From sequence record NC_049383.1: a DNA stretch of 64,000 nt; one strand, given 5' to 3'. The position numbers were made by a program, and so were the translations under genes. Positions 40,146 to 50,787 of this stretch are shown in pieces. Within the stretch, counting starts at the first letter, position 1. Every line of letters begins with the position of its first letter. A model generated the notes under the pieces. The model had not been told where the DNA came from. It did not search any database and saw only the letters and a program-made list of their open reading frames with translations.

Positions 40146-40949
40146 ATGGTTTTTTATAATAAAAATTCAAATAATACGGATGATTTAGATATATCATTAG
40201 ATATAAAATTTTGTCAAAATCATAATTGGGATTATGGTGTTTATAACGATGAATTTGATATTAACACCGAAAGGCTAACATTAGAAAATGATGGTATAAC
40301 TATTACAAAATTAGAAAGAGTATTTGTAAGAGAAGTTTTTAAAAGTCTTAGAATTTCAAAAATATTGGATTCAACTATAAGTAATATAAAAGACTTTGAT
40401 TTCACACTACTTTCAGAACTTACTAAGGTATCACCACTTTATGACAAAGGTAGGAAAATTAAATCAGATTATATTAATAATGGTGAAATTTTTGTTGAAA
40501 AAATATTTACAGATGTGATAAATGATAGTAAGTTATCAGGTATTGAAATGACAATAAATTGGTTTAATACGGATGATAGTATTGGTTTGACTAAAACACA
40601 AATTGTTAAAAACTTCAACCCTGCTGAAAGAAAAACAGAATTAAGGAAAAGAAGAACAAGAGTAATTGATTACCTAATAGCAAGTGCAGAGGAAAGCGGT
40701 AATGGTTTTGTTATTGATATATTACTTAAAAAGTTTAAGATTGAGATAGAGCTTTTTATCGAAAATGGTACACAAGATTTTGAAAATGCATTAATTTTTG
40801 AATCAACAAATGAAAATTCAGATGTGGCTTTTAATAATGGTTCTATGGATATAACATACATGATGATTTTGAATACTCTATTACCACCAACAGAAACTTA
40901 TCCTGATGGTCAAAAGATAGTTGATGGTATTTTAGAAGAAATTACATAA
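40146..40949 (+). CDS. Hypothetical protein
   Basis: 267-aa ORF. Confidence 0.65.
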   Translation: MVFYNKNSNNTDDLDISLDIKFCQNHNWDYGVYNDEFDINTERLTLENDGITITKLERVFVREVFKSLRISKILDSTISNIKDFDFTLLSELTKVSPLYDKGRKIKSDYINNGEIFVEKIFTDVINDSKLSGIEMTINWFNTDDSIGLTKTQIVKNFNPAERKTELRKRRTRVIDYLIASAEESGNGFVIDILLKKFKIEIELFIENGTQDFENALIFESTNENSDVAFNNGSMDITYMMILNTLLPPTETYPDGQKIVDGILEEIT

Positions 40950-40957
40950 AATAAAAT

Positions 40958-41569
40958 ATGAAAACAAATACATATAAAATTATTATTGATTGCGGTCATG
41001 GTGGGATTAAAAACAATGTTTACACCACCTATCCAAACAAAATGCATAAATTCCAAAATGGTGAAATAGCATATGAGGGTGTTATAAATAGAAATATAGG
41101 AAAAGTTCTTAATGAAAAATTAGAGCTAAATGATTTTAAAACTATTTTTATTGTAGAACCATCAGACCCAACAGATTTGCCATTAACTGAAAGAGTTAAA
41201 AAAGCTAATAAAATAAAAAATAGCTTATACATTTCTATTCATTGTAATGCATTTAATACAAAAGCGCGTGGGTTTGAAGTTTGGACTTCAAAAGGAGAAA
41301 CCAAAAGTGATAAACTTGCTGAACTTGTTTATAAGCAAGTTGAAAAACATATGGATTTGAGAATGAGAAAAGATACAACAGATGGTGACCATGATAAAGA
41401 GTCGCAATTCTATGTTCTTAAAAATACAAATATGCCAGCTATTCTTTTAGAATGTCTTTTCTTTGATAATTGGGATGATTATCAACTATCTAAAGATGAG
41501 TGTTTTATTGACAAATTATGTGACTGTTTTGTTTCAGGTATAATTGAATTTATTAATACACAAAAATAA
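40958..41569 (+). CDS. N-acetylmuramoyl-L-alanine amidase (Amidase_3), endolysin
   Basis: IIDCGHGG, E, ISIHCNA, FYVLKNTNMPAILLE zinc-amidase motifs. Confidence 0.92.
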   Translation: MKTNTYKIIIDCGHGGIKNNVYTTYPNKMHKFQNGEIAYEGVINRNIGKVLNEKLELNDFKTIFIVEPSDPTDLPLTERVKKANKIKNSLYISIHCNAFNTKARGFEVWTSKGETKSDKLAELVYKQVEKHMDLRMRKDTTDGDHDKESQFYVLKNTNMPAILLECLFFDNWDDYQLSKDECFIDKLCDCFVSGIIEFINTQK

Positions 41570-41644
41570 GCCTGAAAAGTTGATTTAGAAACGATATATA
41601 GGATAAGGAGCAGTTATAAAAATAATTTTTAAATCAAGAAAGGC

Positions 41645-42226
41645 ATGAATTTTAATTGGATAATAGAATCTTTAAAAGCTGTTAAAGAAATTTCTATTAA
41701 GAAAATGATTATTTTATTTATTTGTATTTATCCACTTTTTACTGTAGTTTACTTCAAAGATGAATTGTCAATGTTATTCAAAAAGAATGTATCTATAGTG
41801 GAAGTGAGAGAATTAAACAAAGTTATACGTTTAACAAATAATTTAAAAGATGAGTATAATACATCGTTTGTTTCTGTTTGGGTTTATCAACCAAGTGGTG
41901 ATGAAAAGTTATATAAAGAACGTGTTTCTTATAGTGGTGATTATCGTAATAAATTCATTGATTTAGAAAAAGTTAACCTAATTCAACATCCTAATTTATT
42001 AAATTCACTTCGAAACAATAAATATATTAAAGTAGATAAAAATTCAAGCTTTGAATTGAGTAAATTGGTATCAGCTTATGAGGTTGGTGTTTTATATATC
42101 ATTCCTATTAAGAATGAATACGGATTATTAGTTGCCGAAGTAATGGTGGCTTTTGATAAAGAATTAAACCAAGATAAAATAGAAAAATTAATTAACTCTA
42201 CCGAATTGATAAGAATTTTAATGTAA
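41645..42226 (+). CDS. Single-TM protein with GAF-like ectodomain (T4 holin T-like), paralog 1
   Basis: Amphipathic N-terminus, TM IILFICIYPLFTVVYF, C-terminal YIIPIKNEYGLLVAEVMVAFD GAF strands; follows the endolysin. Confidence 0.55.
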   Translation: MNFNWIIESLKAVKEISIKKMIILFICIYPLFTVVYFKDELSMLFKKNVSIVEVRELNKVIRLTNNLKDEYNTSFVSVWVYQPSGDEKLYKERVSYSGDYRNKFIDLEKVNLIQHPNLLNSLRNNKYIKVDKNSSFELSKLVSAYEVGVLYIIPIKNEYGLLVAEVMVAFDKELNQDKIEKLINSTELIRILM

Positions 42227-42228
42227 TC

Positions 42229-42801
42229 ATGAAAAGAATCGTTGAAAGAACACCTAAATGGTGTTATGTGACCCTTATAGTATTAGTTGTTATGGGTTCT
42301 ATCATACACACAACTAGTATTGTAACAAAAAATATAATCGAGCAAAAAATGGCTGATGTTGAGCTTTGTAAAATTGAAAATGAAAAAGATTTCATTGATT
42401 TACAACAATACTTCCAAAATCGTTATGGTGCTGATGCATCATTGACATATATTTTGCAACCAAAAGACTATATTAAATTATATAAAGAATTAGTTAATGT
42501 AGAGTCTAAAGATAGTACTTATCTTTCTGTACCTAGAAAGAGTATTCTAAGTAAAGAAAAGAAGCTACAAATAGACTTGATGAAAAAGAAATATGTAAGA
42601 ATTGATTCAACAACTAGTTATGAAAATAATAGCATAATTGGCACAAATTGTTTTAAAACTGCTTATGTTTTTCCTATACTTCAACATCAAACACACGTTT
42701 CCGAAATAGTGTTTTTATTCAACGATGAAAAACGGTTTACTGATAAAGAACTTAATGTAATGCTTCACGAAATACAAGCATTATCTAGATACATAAAATA
42801 G
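42229..42801 (+). CDS. Single-TM protein with GAF-like ectodomain (holin T-like), paralog 2
   Basis: TM YVTLIVLVVMGSII; LTYILQP and YVFPILQHQTHVSEIVFLF are colinear with paralog 1. Confidence 0.5.
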   Translation: MKRIVERTPKWCYVTLIVLVVMGSIIHTTSIVTKNIIEQKMADVELCKIENEKDFIDLQQYFQNRYGADASLTYILQPKDYIKLYKELVNVESKDSTYLSVPRKSILSKEKKLQIDLMKKKYVRIDSTTSYENNSIIGTNCFKTAYVFPILQHQTHVSEIVFLFNDEKRFTDKELNVMLHEIQALSRYIK

Positions 42802-42812
42802 ACTTTAAAAGA

Positions 42813-42845
42813 AAAAATGGAATTTCCCTTGGAAGTTCCATTTTT
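42813..42845 (+). terminator. Intrinsic terminator
   Basis: aaaaatggaatttcc/ggaagttccattttt. Confidence 0.8.
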
Positions 42846-42881
42846 CTTTTTTACATTTGTGTAATATTAAAATAAATATAA

Positions 42882-43241
42882 ATGAACAAAAATAAATCAA
42901 TACTTGAATCTTTCAAAACTAGATTCAAAAACGAAATCGAAAAGTTAGATATTAAGATGTTAAACGAGTTGAAAGAACCTACTTACATCTATACTTTAAA
43001 GGATATGGAAAATAGAAGACAAAAATTATATTGTCAAGTAGATGTGATTGAGAATCTTTTAAATAATGAAGTACTCTTAGATAACCCAAATAAAACAATA
43101 GATGTATTAAATAATGATATACATCACCTAAAAATAGGTGTTAAACAACATATTCTAAACAAAAGTATGTCTGTCAATACATTTATAGATATGGTGTATC
43201 GAAAAGAGTTTATGATTCAAATGATTAAAATGTTATCATAA
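42882..43241 (+). CDS. Hypothetical protein
   Basis: 119 aa; TACATTTG at 42852-42859. Confidence 0.7.
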   Translation: MNKNKSILESFKTRFKNEIEKLDIKMLNELKEPTYIYTLKDMENRRQKLYCQVDVIENLLNNEVLLDNPNKTIDVLNNDIHHLKIGVKQHILNKSMSVNTFIDMVYRKEFMIQMIKMLS

Positions 43242-43304
43242 ATTAGTCTAAAAAATTACAAAAAATATTTTGTTAGTATGATATTATTTTATATCTTTGC
43301 TACT

Positions 43305-43510
43305 CAAATAAAACTGTGGAGTAACCGTCGAGACTTAACCATCCTTCGGAAAAGTTATACACAAAATATATACATAGAAAAATTTAATTGAAATGATTAG
43401 GCGGTGAAATTCCGAAGTTACCATATTTTAGACTTGGTTAAGGAGTAGTTTTAATGGTCGCGAAATTATTATATTAAAGAAACCCATCACACATTTTGAT
43501 GGGTTTCTTT
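43305..43510 (+). ncRNA. Candidate structured small RNA or attenuator leader upstream of thyA
   Basis: Promoter TATCTTTG at 43292-43299; nested stems 43309-15/43447-53, 43334-41/43435-42 and 43344-51/43410-17; 14-bp terminator 43476-43510; no ORF in the track. Confidence 0.55.
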
Positions 43511-43543
43511 TTAAAAAAGAAATAATTAAAAACAGATAAATAT

Positions 43544-44503
43544 ATGAAGCAATATTTAGATATTTTACGCCATGTTAGAGAAAATGGTGATTTAAAAGCT
43601 GATAGAACAGGAGTTGGAACAATTTCTTGTTTTGGGTTACAGATGCAACCTATAGACCTTAGAAAAGGTTTACCAGTTGTGACGACAAAGAAAATACATT
43701 TGCCATCAGTAATTCATGAGTTATTATGGTTCTTTAAAGGTACTGATAAAATCGATTATCTTACTGAAAATAAAGTACGTATATGGAATGAATGGGCTGT
43801 TGACAACTCAATAGGTAATATGTATGGTGTTCAATGGATGAAATGGAAGTGTTCAAACGGTGAAGAGATTAACCAAATTGAAGATATGTTGGAGCTTCTT
43901 AAAACAAATCCTGATTCTAGAAGGAATGTTGTAACTTCATGGAATCCCGAAACTATTCCTGATTCAAAGAAATCATTCAAAGAAAATATCGAGAATGGGA
44001 AGGGTGCTTTAGCAAATTGTCACGGATTTTTCCAAGTTTATACGGCAATTATCCCAACATACGAAAGAATGGAACTTTTCAAAAAAGAATATCCATTAAA
44101 GTATGGAGATATGGTTTATGATAAACTAAGAACTTCCGAATTTGATGAGTATTTAGATAAAGTTGGTTTTCCAAAACGTTATTTGGATATGAAACATTAT
44201 ATCAGAAGTAATGACCTTTTCCTTGGCGCGCCTTTCAATATCACATCATATTGTTTAATGATGGAAATGATTTGTAAAGAGGTTAACATGATTCCTAGAT
44301 TTTATCATCACACTTTCGGTGATGCACATATCTATACTAATCATTTAGAACAAGTTGATTTACAATTAACTAGAGAGCCTAAAAAGCTTCCAACATTGAG
44401 ACTTAATCCGAATGTTAAGCGTGTTGTTGATTTCAGGTTTGAAGATTTTGAAATCATAGGTTATGACCCACACCCTCATATTAAAGGTAAAGTAGCAGTA
44501 TAA
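43544..44503 (+). CDS. thyA: Thymidylate synthase
   Basis: DRTGVGT, ELLWF, YGVQW, DSRR, ANCH, RSND, PFN and GDAHIY motifs. Confidence 0.95.
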   Translation: MKQYLDILRHVRENGDLKADRTGVGTISCFGLQMQPIDLRKGLPVVTTKKIHLPSVIHELLWFFKGTDKIDYLTENKVRIWNEWAVDNSIGNMYGVQWMKWKCSNGEEINQIEDMLELLKTNPDSRRNVVTSWNPETIPDSKKSFKENIENGKGALANCHGFFQVYTAIIPTYERMELFKKEYPLKYGDMVYDKLRTSEFDEYLDKVGFPKRYLDMKHYIRSNDLFLGAPFNITSYCLMMEMICKEVNMIPRFYHHTFGDAHIYTNHLEQVDLQLTREPKKLPTLRLNPNVKRVVDFRFEDFEIIGYDPHPHIKGKVAV

Positions 44504-44504
44504 T

Positions 44505-45218
44505 ATGGAGCTAAAGATTTTAAACAAAGTACAACTATCAAAAGCATCCGATTTAAAATTAAATCGGATGCAAATAGAAGAGTCAATCAAACAACTAAAT
44601 CTAAGAAATGATTATGGTTTTTTCGTTCCAATCGGAACTGGAAAATTAACTAACTATATTGATTTAGATGAAATAGCTTTTATTGCTTATAATTTTAGAT
44701 TAATTGATGGATGGATTACAGCCGATTTAAGAGCATCTAAAGAAGTTTATGGTTACTTTATTGATGAAGCCATTTTAAATAGCTCAGATTGGATAAAAGA
44801 GCGTATAAAATTCATTCCTGAGTATGATAACGATTTGATTATTTGGTGGAATTTAGAAAATGTTCATAGTTCTAATAAAAAGAAAAAAGAACAATTATTA
44901 GATGAGCCTAAAAAGTCTATTATTTCAAATGGTCAAAAAATGCTTAAAATGAATTTTTGTTTCCTTCTACCAAAAAACTTTAAAGGTAGTTTGGATGATG
45001 CTTTTAATTATTTTGTTGAACAATATAAGTTGAAATCAGAACTTAGTGAAATTAATGAATATGACGATGATGTTAATGTTGATAATGACCATAATGATAT
45101 CATTTATAAATGGGCTAATCTTGCACAAAAACAAGGTTATAGGTTCTATTCAGAGTCGAGTTTAAATGAAATTGAAACAGATGAAAATGGTAAAATAATG
45201 AGTATCAATTCATTGTAA
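44505..45218 (+). CDS. Hypothetical protein
   Basis: 237-aa ORF coupled to thyA. Confidence 0.7.
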   Translation: MELKILNKVQLSKASDLKLNRMQIEESIKQLNLRNDYGFFVPIGTGKLTNYIDLDEIAFIAYNFRLIDGWITADLRASKEVYGYFIDEAILNSSDWIKERIKFIPEYDNDLIIWWNLENVHSSNKKKKEQLLDEPKKSIISNGQKMLKMNFCFLLPKNFKGSLDDAFNYFVEQYKLKSELSEINEYDDDVNVDNDHNDIIYKWANLAQKQGYRFYSESSLNEIETDENGKIMSINSL

Positions 45219-45323
45219 AATTATTGTAAATAAAATACAAAAACAGTTGCATAATATGTAACTGTTTTTTAATTTTGCGGTAAAGTATAAATAATAATAC
45301 ACACATTAAATTAGTTAACATAT

Positions 45324-46316
45324 ATGGAAGGACAAAACACACAAATCGAGCCTATTTTGGTTGAAAATCCTAATAGATTCGTTATATTCCCAATTCAACA
45401 TAATGATATTTGGGAAATGTATAAAAATCAACAAGCGATGTACTGGACGGCAGAGGAATTGGATTTACAATCAGACTTGAATGATTGGAATAACAAGCTT
45501 AATGATAATGAAAGATACTATATCAAACACATCTTAGCATTCTTTGCGGCATCTGATGGAATTGTAAATGAAAATCTTTGTGAAAACTTTGTTGCAGAAG
45601 TTCAATATACAGAAGCTAAATTTTTCTACAGTTTTCAAATGATGATGGAAAATATTCACTCTGAAACATATTCACTTTTAATTGATACATATGTTAAAGA
45701 TGAATTAGAAAAAGATAAATTATTTAAGGCAATCGAAAACTTTCCTGCAATAAAAGAAAAAGCTGAATGGGCTTTAAAATGGATTGAATCTCCATCGTTT
45801 GCTGAAAGACTTATTGCGTTCGCCGCTGTTGAGGGAATTTTCTTTAGTGGTGCTTTTTGTTCTATTTTTTGGCTTAAAAAACGTGGTCTTATGGCAGGTC
45901 TTACATTCTCTAATGAGTTGATTTCTCGTGATGAAGGATTACATTGTGACTTCGCAATACACTTGCATAAGAATCATGTTATTAATCAAGTACCTAAAGA
46001 AAGAATTACAGAAATTTTAGTTTCAGCATTGGATATAGAGCGTGGTTTCATTACAGAATCTTTACCAGTTAGTTTAATTGGTATGAACTCAAAATTAATG
46101 ACACAGTACTTAGAATTTGTTACAGATAGATTATTGACAGAGTTCGGATGTGAAAAGGTTTACAACTCTCAAAATCCTTTTGATTTCATGGAAATGCAAT
46201 CACTACAAGGTAAAACAAACTTCTTTGAGAAGAGAGTTTCGGAGTATCAAAAAGCGGGTGTTAAAAATAGCGCATTCGGTAAAAAAGATACATTCGATAT
46301 TGACTTAGATTTTTAA
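45324..46316 (+). CDS. nrdB: Ribonucleotide reductase class Ia beta subunit
   Basis: [26 protein letters not shown] and NFFEKRV..Y motifs. Confidence 0.97.
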   Translation: MEGQNTQIEPILVENPNRFVIFPIQHNDIWEMYKNQQAMYWTAEELDLQSDLNDWNNKLNDNERYYIKHILAFFAASDGIVNENLCENFVAEVQYTEAKFFYSFQMMMENIHSETYSLLIDTYVKDELEKDKLFKAIENFPAIKEKAEWALKWIESPSFAERLIAFAAVEGIFFSGAFCSIFWLKKRGLMAGLTFSNELISRDEGLHCDFAIHLHKNHVINQVPKERITEILVSALDIERGFITESLPVSLIGMNSKLMTQYLEFVTDRLLTEFGCEKVYNSQNPFDFMEMQSLQGKTNFFEKRVSEYQKAGVKNSAFGKKDTFDIDLDF

Positions 46317-46393
46317 TCAAACCAAAAATATAAAACAATTTATGAACCGCTTTTTTAAAGCGGTTCTTTAACCTACAAAACCATTATTTTTAA

Positions 46394-48823
46394 ATGAAAG
46401 TTACCAAGAGAAACGGTTCTACCGAAGAAATGAAGTTCGATAAAATTGTGAAAAGAATTTCATCTATGTGTAAAGGTCTTAATGAAGTAATAGACCCACA
46501 AAAAGTTGCATTAGATATTATGAACGGTCTTTATGATTGTGTATCTACTAGTGAAATAGATACATATATTGCCGAAGTTTGTGCAACAAAAGCAACTATA
46601 CATCCTGATTATTTGAAATTAGCATCAAATATTTCAATTTCAAATCTTCACAAAAACACTAAAAAAACATTCTCGTCAGTTGTGAAAGACCTTTACAACT
46701 ACGTAAATCCTAAAAATGGAAAGCATTCACCAATCGTTTCAAAAGAAATTTTAGATGTTGTTACAGCTAATAGTGCAAAAATAAACGCATATATCGACTA
46801 TGAACGCGATTATGGTTATGATTATATCGGTTTCAGAACACTTGAAAGAGCTTACTTATTAAAAATTGATGGTAAAATTGCAGAACGACCTCAACATATG
46901 TTGATGAGAGTTTCTTTAGGTATTCATGGTGATGATTTAGAAAATGCATTCAAGACATATGATTTAATGTCTAATAGAAAAATGACTCATGCAACACCTA
47001 CATTATTTAATTCGGGTACACCTAGACCTCAAATGTCTTCATGTTTCTTGATTGATATGAAAGAAGATTCAATAGATGGTATTTATGATACTTTAAAAAT
47101 TTGTGCTAAGATTTCTCAATATGCGGGTGGTATTGGTTTAAATACACATAAAATTCGTTCTACTGGTTCGTATATTGCGGGTACAAATGGTTACTCAAAT
47201 GGTTTAGTACCTATGTTGAAGGTTTTCAATGAAACAGCACGCTACGTTGACCAAGGAGGTGGAAAGAGAAAAGGTTCATTTGCAATGTATTTAGAACCTT
47301 GGCACGCTGATATTATGGATTTCTTAGACCTAAAAAAGAATCACGGAAAGGAAGAAATGAGAGCAAGAGATTTATTCTATGCATTGTGGATTAATGACCT
47401 TTTCATGGAAAAAGTTTTTGCTGATGAATATTGGTATTTAATGTCACCAAGCGATTCAAAAGGTCTTAATAAAGTACACGGTGAAGAGTTCAATGAACTT
47501 TATAATAAGTATATTGAAGAAGGTAAATATGTTGCTAAAATTAAAGCACGTCACTTATGGGAAAAGATTTTAGTATCTCAGATTGAAACAGGTACACCAT
47601 ACATGGCTTACAAGGATTCAGCTAACAGGAAATCAAATCAACAAAATTTAGGAACAATACAATCATCAAATTTATGTATTGAAATCATGGAATATACAGC
47701 ACCTGATGAAGTTGCAGTATGTAATCTAGCATCAATTTCATTACCATCATGTTTAAAACTTAATGAAGATGGCACTTATATGATTGATTATACAGACCTT
47801 TATGAAACAGCTTATCAAACTGCTTTAAATTTAGATAAAGTTATCGATAAGAATTTTTATCCTGTCGAAGAGGCTAGAAACTCAAACATGAAACATAGAC
47901 CTATCGGAATGGGTGTGCAAGGTTTAGCTGATTTATTCGCTATGTTAAAATTACCATTCACATCTGATGAAGCAAAAGAAATTAACAAGAACTTACACGA
48001 GGTTATTTATTTCGCAGGTTTAACAGCTTCTAAAGACTTGGCAAAAGTTCATGGAGCTTATGAAACTTTCAAAGGTTCACCATTATCTGATGGTAAATTC
48101 CAATTCGATTTATGGGGTGTTAATGCTTCTGAATTAAGTGGTTTATGTGATTGGGATTCTTTAAGAAAAGAAATTATTGAATATGGTGTTAGAAACTCTT
48201 TAGTTACTGCTTTAATGCCTACAGCATCAACAGGTCAAATCATGGGTAATAATGAATGTTTCGAGGCTTTCACATCAAACATCTATTTAAGACGTATTTT
48301 GAGTGGTGAATTTACTATGATTAATAAGTATTTAATTGAAGATTTGATGAAATTAGGTCTTTGGAATGATGAAATGAGACAACATATCATGTATAGAAAA
48401 GGTTCTATTCAGGAAATAGATTCTATACCACAAAACCTAAAGGATATTTATAAGACTGTTTATGAAATGTCTATGAAGGATATTATTGATATGTCTGCTG
48501 ATAGAGGTTTATTCATTGACCAATCACAGTCATTGAATTTGTTCATGGAGAATCCAACAGAACAAAAGTTAACATCTATGCACTTTTACGCATGGAAGAA
48601 AGGTTTAAAAACTGGTATGTATTACCTAAGAACAAAATCAGCTTCTGATGCTAAGATGGTAACTATTGACCCTGAATTAATTAAGAAGTTTGAAAACCAA
48701 GAGCTTTTAGAAACTCCTAGAGAAAAACCTATGTCAATGGATGAATATAAAGCAATGCTCGAAAAGAGTAGATTAGCTTCCGAAAGTGGAAACGATGAAG
48801 ACTGTTTAATGTGTGGGTCTTAA
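46394..48823 (+). CDS. nrdA: Ribonucleotide reductase class Ia alpha subunit with ATP cone
   Basis: VTKRNG cone, [23 protein letters not shown]-terminal CLMCGS. Confidence 0.97.
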   Translation: MKVTKRNGSTEEMKFDKIVKRISSMCKGLNEVIDPQKVALDIMNGLYDCVSTSEIDTYIAEVCATKATIHPDYLKLASNISISNLHKNTKKTFSSVVKDLYNYVNPKNGKHSPIVSKEILDVVTANSAKINAYIDYERDYGYDYIGFRTLERAYLLKIDGKIAERPQHMLMRVSLGIHGDDLENAFKTYDLMSNRKMTHATPTLFNSGTPRPQMSSCFLIDMKEDSIDGIYDTLKICAKISQYAGGIGLNTHKIRSTGSYIAGTNGYSNGLVPMLKVFNETARYVDQGGGKRKGSFAMYLEPWHADIMDFLDLKKNHGKEEMRARDLFYALWINDLFMEKVFADEYWYLMSPSDSKGLNKVHGEEFNELYNKYIEEGKYVAKIKARHLWEKILVSQIETGTPYMAYKDSANRKSNQQNLGTIQSSNLCIEIMEYTAPDEVAVCNLASISLPSCLKLNEDGTYMIDYTDLYETAYQTALNLDKVIDKNFYPVEEARNSNMKHRPIGMGVQGLADLFAMLKLPFTSDEAKEINKNLHEVIYFAGLTASKDLAKVHGAYETFKGSPLSDGKFQFDLWGVNASELSGLCDWDSLRKEIIEYGVRNSLVTALMPTASTGQIMGNNECFEAFTSNIYLRRILSGEFTMINKYLIEDLMKLGLWNDEMRQHIMYRKGSIQEIDSIPQNLKDIYKTVYEMSMKDIIDMSADRGLFIDQSQSLNLFMENPTEQKLTSMHFYAWKKGLKTGMYYLRTKSASDAKMVTIDPELIKKFENQELLETPREKPMSMDEYKAMLEKSRLASESGNDEDCLMCGS

Positions 48824-48827
48824 TCAC

Positions 48828-48862
48828 AAAAAATCCGATTCAATTTTTGAATCGGATTTTTT
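48828..48862 (+). terminator. Intrinsic terminator (AAAATCCG family)
   Basis: aaaaaatccgattca/tgaatcggatttttt. Confidence 0.8.
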
Positions 48863-48879
48863 AATTTTTGTGTTCAAAC

Positions 48880-48887
48880 TATAAATA
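48880..48887 (+). promoter_or_regulatory. T4-type late promoter TATAAATA
   Basis: Exact consensus 26 nt before the ATG at 48914. Confidence 0.55.
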
Positions 48888-48913
48888 AAGTATATTAAAA
48901 AACAATTTGGAAA

Positions 48914-49360
48914 ATGAATAGTTTAGAATCTTATTATTTGGCAGAATGTGCCGAAGAAAAAATATATAATAACGTATCATTAATGTTCGAATCAAAATTA
49001 GATGGTGATGAACTTGAAATGAAAGACGTTGATGGTGATGGTGAAATGGATGAGTTCTATTTACTAATGGGAAATATCATAGATGATGAGTTAGAAAAAC
49101 AATTTCCATCAGATGAAGAGGATGAAGAAGAAACTAACGAGAGTGTTAAAGCTCGCGCACCAAAGCTTAAAGGGAAGGCATTAAAAGCTAGAAAAGCAAA
49201 AGCTAATATTATGAGGTCAATTATGGCTGAAAAAGAAGTACAAGAAGCTGTAAGCCGTCTTAAAGCTATTCTTATGCGTAAGGCTAAATCAATCTCATCA
49301 TCAAATGGTTTCAATAACAGACAAGTTCAAAAAGCGTTTAAAGGTAAAATAAAAATTTAA
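48914..49360 (+). CDS. Prohead-core-like protein: acidic N-half, basic C-half (gp68-like)
   Basis: MFES and TNES motifs; the last 72 aa contain 21 K/R and 3 E. Confidence 0.5.
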   Translation: MNSLESYYLAECAEEKIYNNVSLMFESKLDGDELEMKDVDGDGEMDEFYLLMGNIIDDELEKQFPSDEEDEEETNESVKARAPKLKGKALKARKAKANIMRSIMAEKEVQEAVSRLKAILMRKAKSISSSNGFNNRQVQKAFKGKIKI

Positions 49361-49361
49361 T

Positions 49362-49994
49362 ATGAAAGATATTTCAGTTTATATAAATGAAAAGTTAGGA
49401 AACTCAATAAATGAAGGTAAAAAAGATACTAAAATTGAGTATATCGTTAAAATGATTAAACATGAGTTTGGCTCAAAACACAATCTTAATGTTTTAGATT
49501 TTAATGATAAAGAAATTACTTTCGATATTTCAAACTTCAATGATGATAATAAAGTTCTTAAATGGGCAACTGGTATTCTTAATAGAATGTATGGCGATAA
49601 AAGGCGACCTAAAATGATGGATGCTATCACAAAAGATGGTAAATTAATCATCAATGTAAAAGATGCTAGTGTTAATGAAAGTGAGGAAATTGATGATGAA
49701 GGTAAGATTGTCGAGGCTGAACAGATAGACCCAAAAACACTTTATAAAAAAGCTAATAATGACCTTATGGTTATTCTTAGAGAATTAGGTTTAGGTGCAA
49801 CACCTAGAATTGATGAACTTTGGAGTGGTGTACAAGGATTACAAGTTGAGTGCAAAATCTCTTCTCATGTTGAATATCCAATGATTACTATGGAAAATAT
49901 GAAGGTTATATCTAAGTTGAAAACTGTTAGGTATATTAGTTTTAGAGACTTTCAACACGGATATTTCCAAGTTTACTTCAAGCACGAAAATTAA
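49362..49994 (+). CDS. Putative internal head protein
   Basis: MKDISVYINE..INEG; internal VNES and IVEA. Confidence 0.5.
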   Translation: MKDISVYINEKLGNSINEGKKDTKIEYIVKMIKHEFGSKHNLNVLDFNDKEITFDISNFNDDNKVLKWATGILNRMYGDKRRPKMMDAITKDGKLIINVKDASVNESEEIDDEGKIVEAEQIDPKTLYKKANNDLMVILRELGLGATPRIDELWSGVQGLQVECKISSHVEYPMITMENMKVISKLKTVRYISFRDFQHGYFQVYFKHEN

Positions 49995-50057
49995 TAAATT
50001 GTACAAATATCCTAGCTTATGTTAGGATATTTCGTTTTAAAACATTATATTTGTAGT

Positions 50058-50786
50058 ATGAAAGAAACAAACTCATATCATATACCATACGATAAATTGA
50101 AAGACCATGCGAGAGGTGGTGTAGTAATTTATAATGGTATTTTTTACAAAATTAAATACTTAGACGATAAAACATTTTCTGCTTATAAAGGTAAAGAAAC
50201 ATTTGAAGGTAGAAATATGCACTTACACCCTTATGGGAAAAGTAAGAACGGAACTATCGTTAATTTTGGTCAAGAACTACCTTTTTTCATGTATAACCAA
50301 AATCAAAATAGAAAAGATGTTCCAAAGGAAGAAATTAACGGAACTGATTTTGATAAAGTTAAAACAGATTCATATTTAGGTTTACTTAGAGCAAACTTGA
50401 CAACACATATCGTTCAATATAATGAAAAAGATGGTGGATTCGTTGTTTTTGATGATGGTAATAATGTTTTTCTTAAATTAAGAAATGGAAAAAATATCAC
50501 TTTACCAAAGAAAAATTTACACTATGTTAAAAATCATTATGTGAAAGGTAAATATAAAAAGCTTTGGTTCAAATATGACCCTAAAAAGGAATTACCAATG
50601 CAAGTTCAACAATTACCAGTTAAAGGCGATGCATATAAAGAATACTTAGAATTAAAGGCTAAATTTGACCCTGATTACCAAAGAACTGATGATTATAGAG
50701 TGTATAAATCTCAACAGGCAATACATGATAAAATGAAAAGACTTTGGGAAAAATTAACACCAAAACAGAAAAAGAAAGTAGCATAA
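50058..50786 (+). CDS. Hypothetical protein
   Basis: Start moved to 50058, after TATATTTG at 50046-50053. Confidence 0.7.
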   Translation: MKETNSYHIPYDKLKDHARGGVVIYNGIFYKIKYLDDKTFSAYKGKETFEGRNMHLHPYGKSKNGTIVNFGQELPFFMYNQNQNRKDVPKEEINGTDFDKVKTDSYLGLLRANLTTHIVQYNEKDGGFVVFDDGNNVFLKLRNGKNITLPKKNLHYVKNHYVKGKYKKLWFKYDPKKELPMQVQQLPVKGDAYKEYLELKAKFDPDYQRTDDYRVYKSQQAIHDKMKRLWEKLTPKQKKKVA

Positions 50787-50787
50787 A

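Noticed and set aside
43305-43475. FMN or THF riboswitch, or group I intron
   Set aside because: Only short look-alike words (gcggtgaaattcc, gtcgagact); the remaining conserved elements, such as the P7 partner, are missing.
43544-44503. dCMP hydroxymethylase / modified-base pathway
   Set aside because: The dUMP-specifying Asn (PFN) and other ThyA motifs are intact; no glycosyltransferase or related genes were seen.
7178-50057. Extended N-termini of ORFs 7178, 10107, 25954 and 50019 (also 4374)
   Set aside because: The extensions cross terminators, promoter elements or upstream genes; downstream ATGs at 7274, 10215, 26038, 50058 and 4401 fit better.
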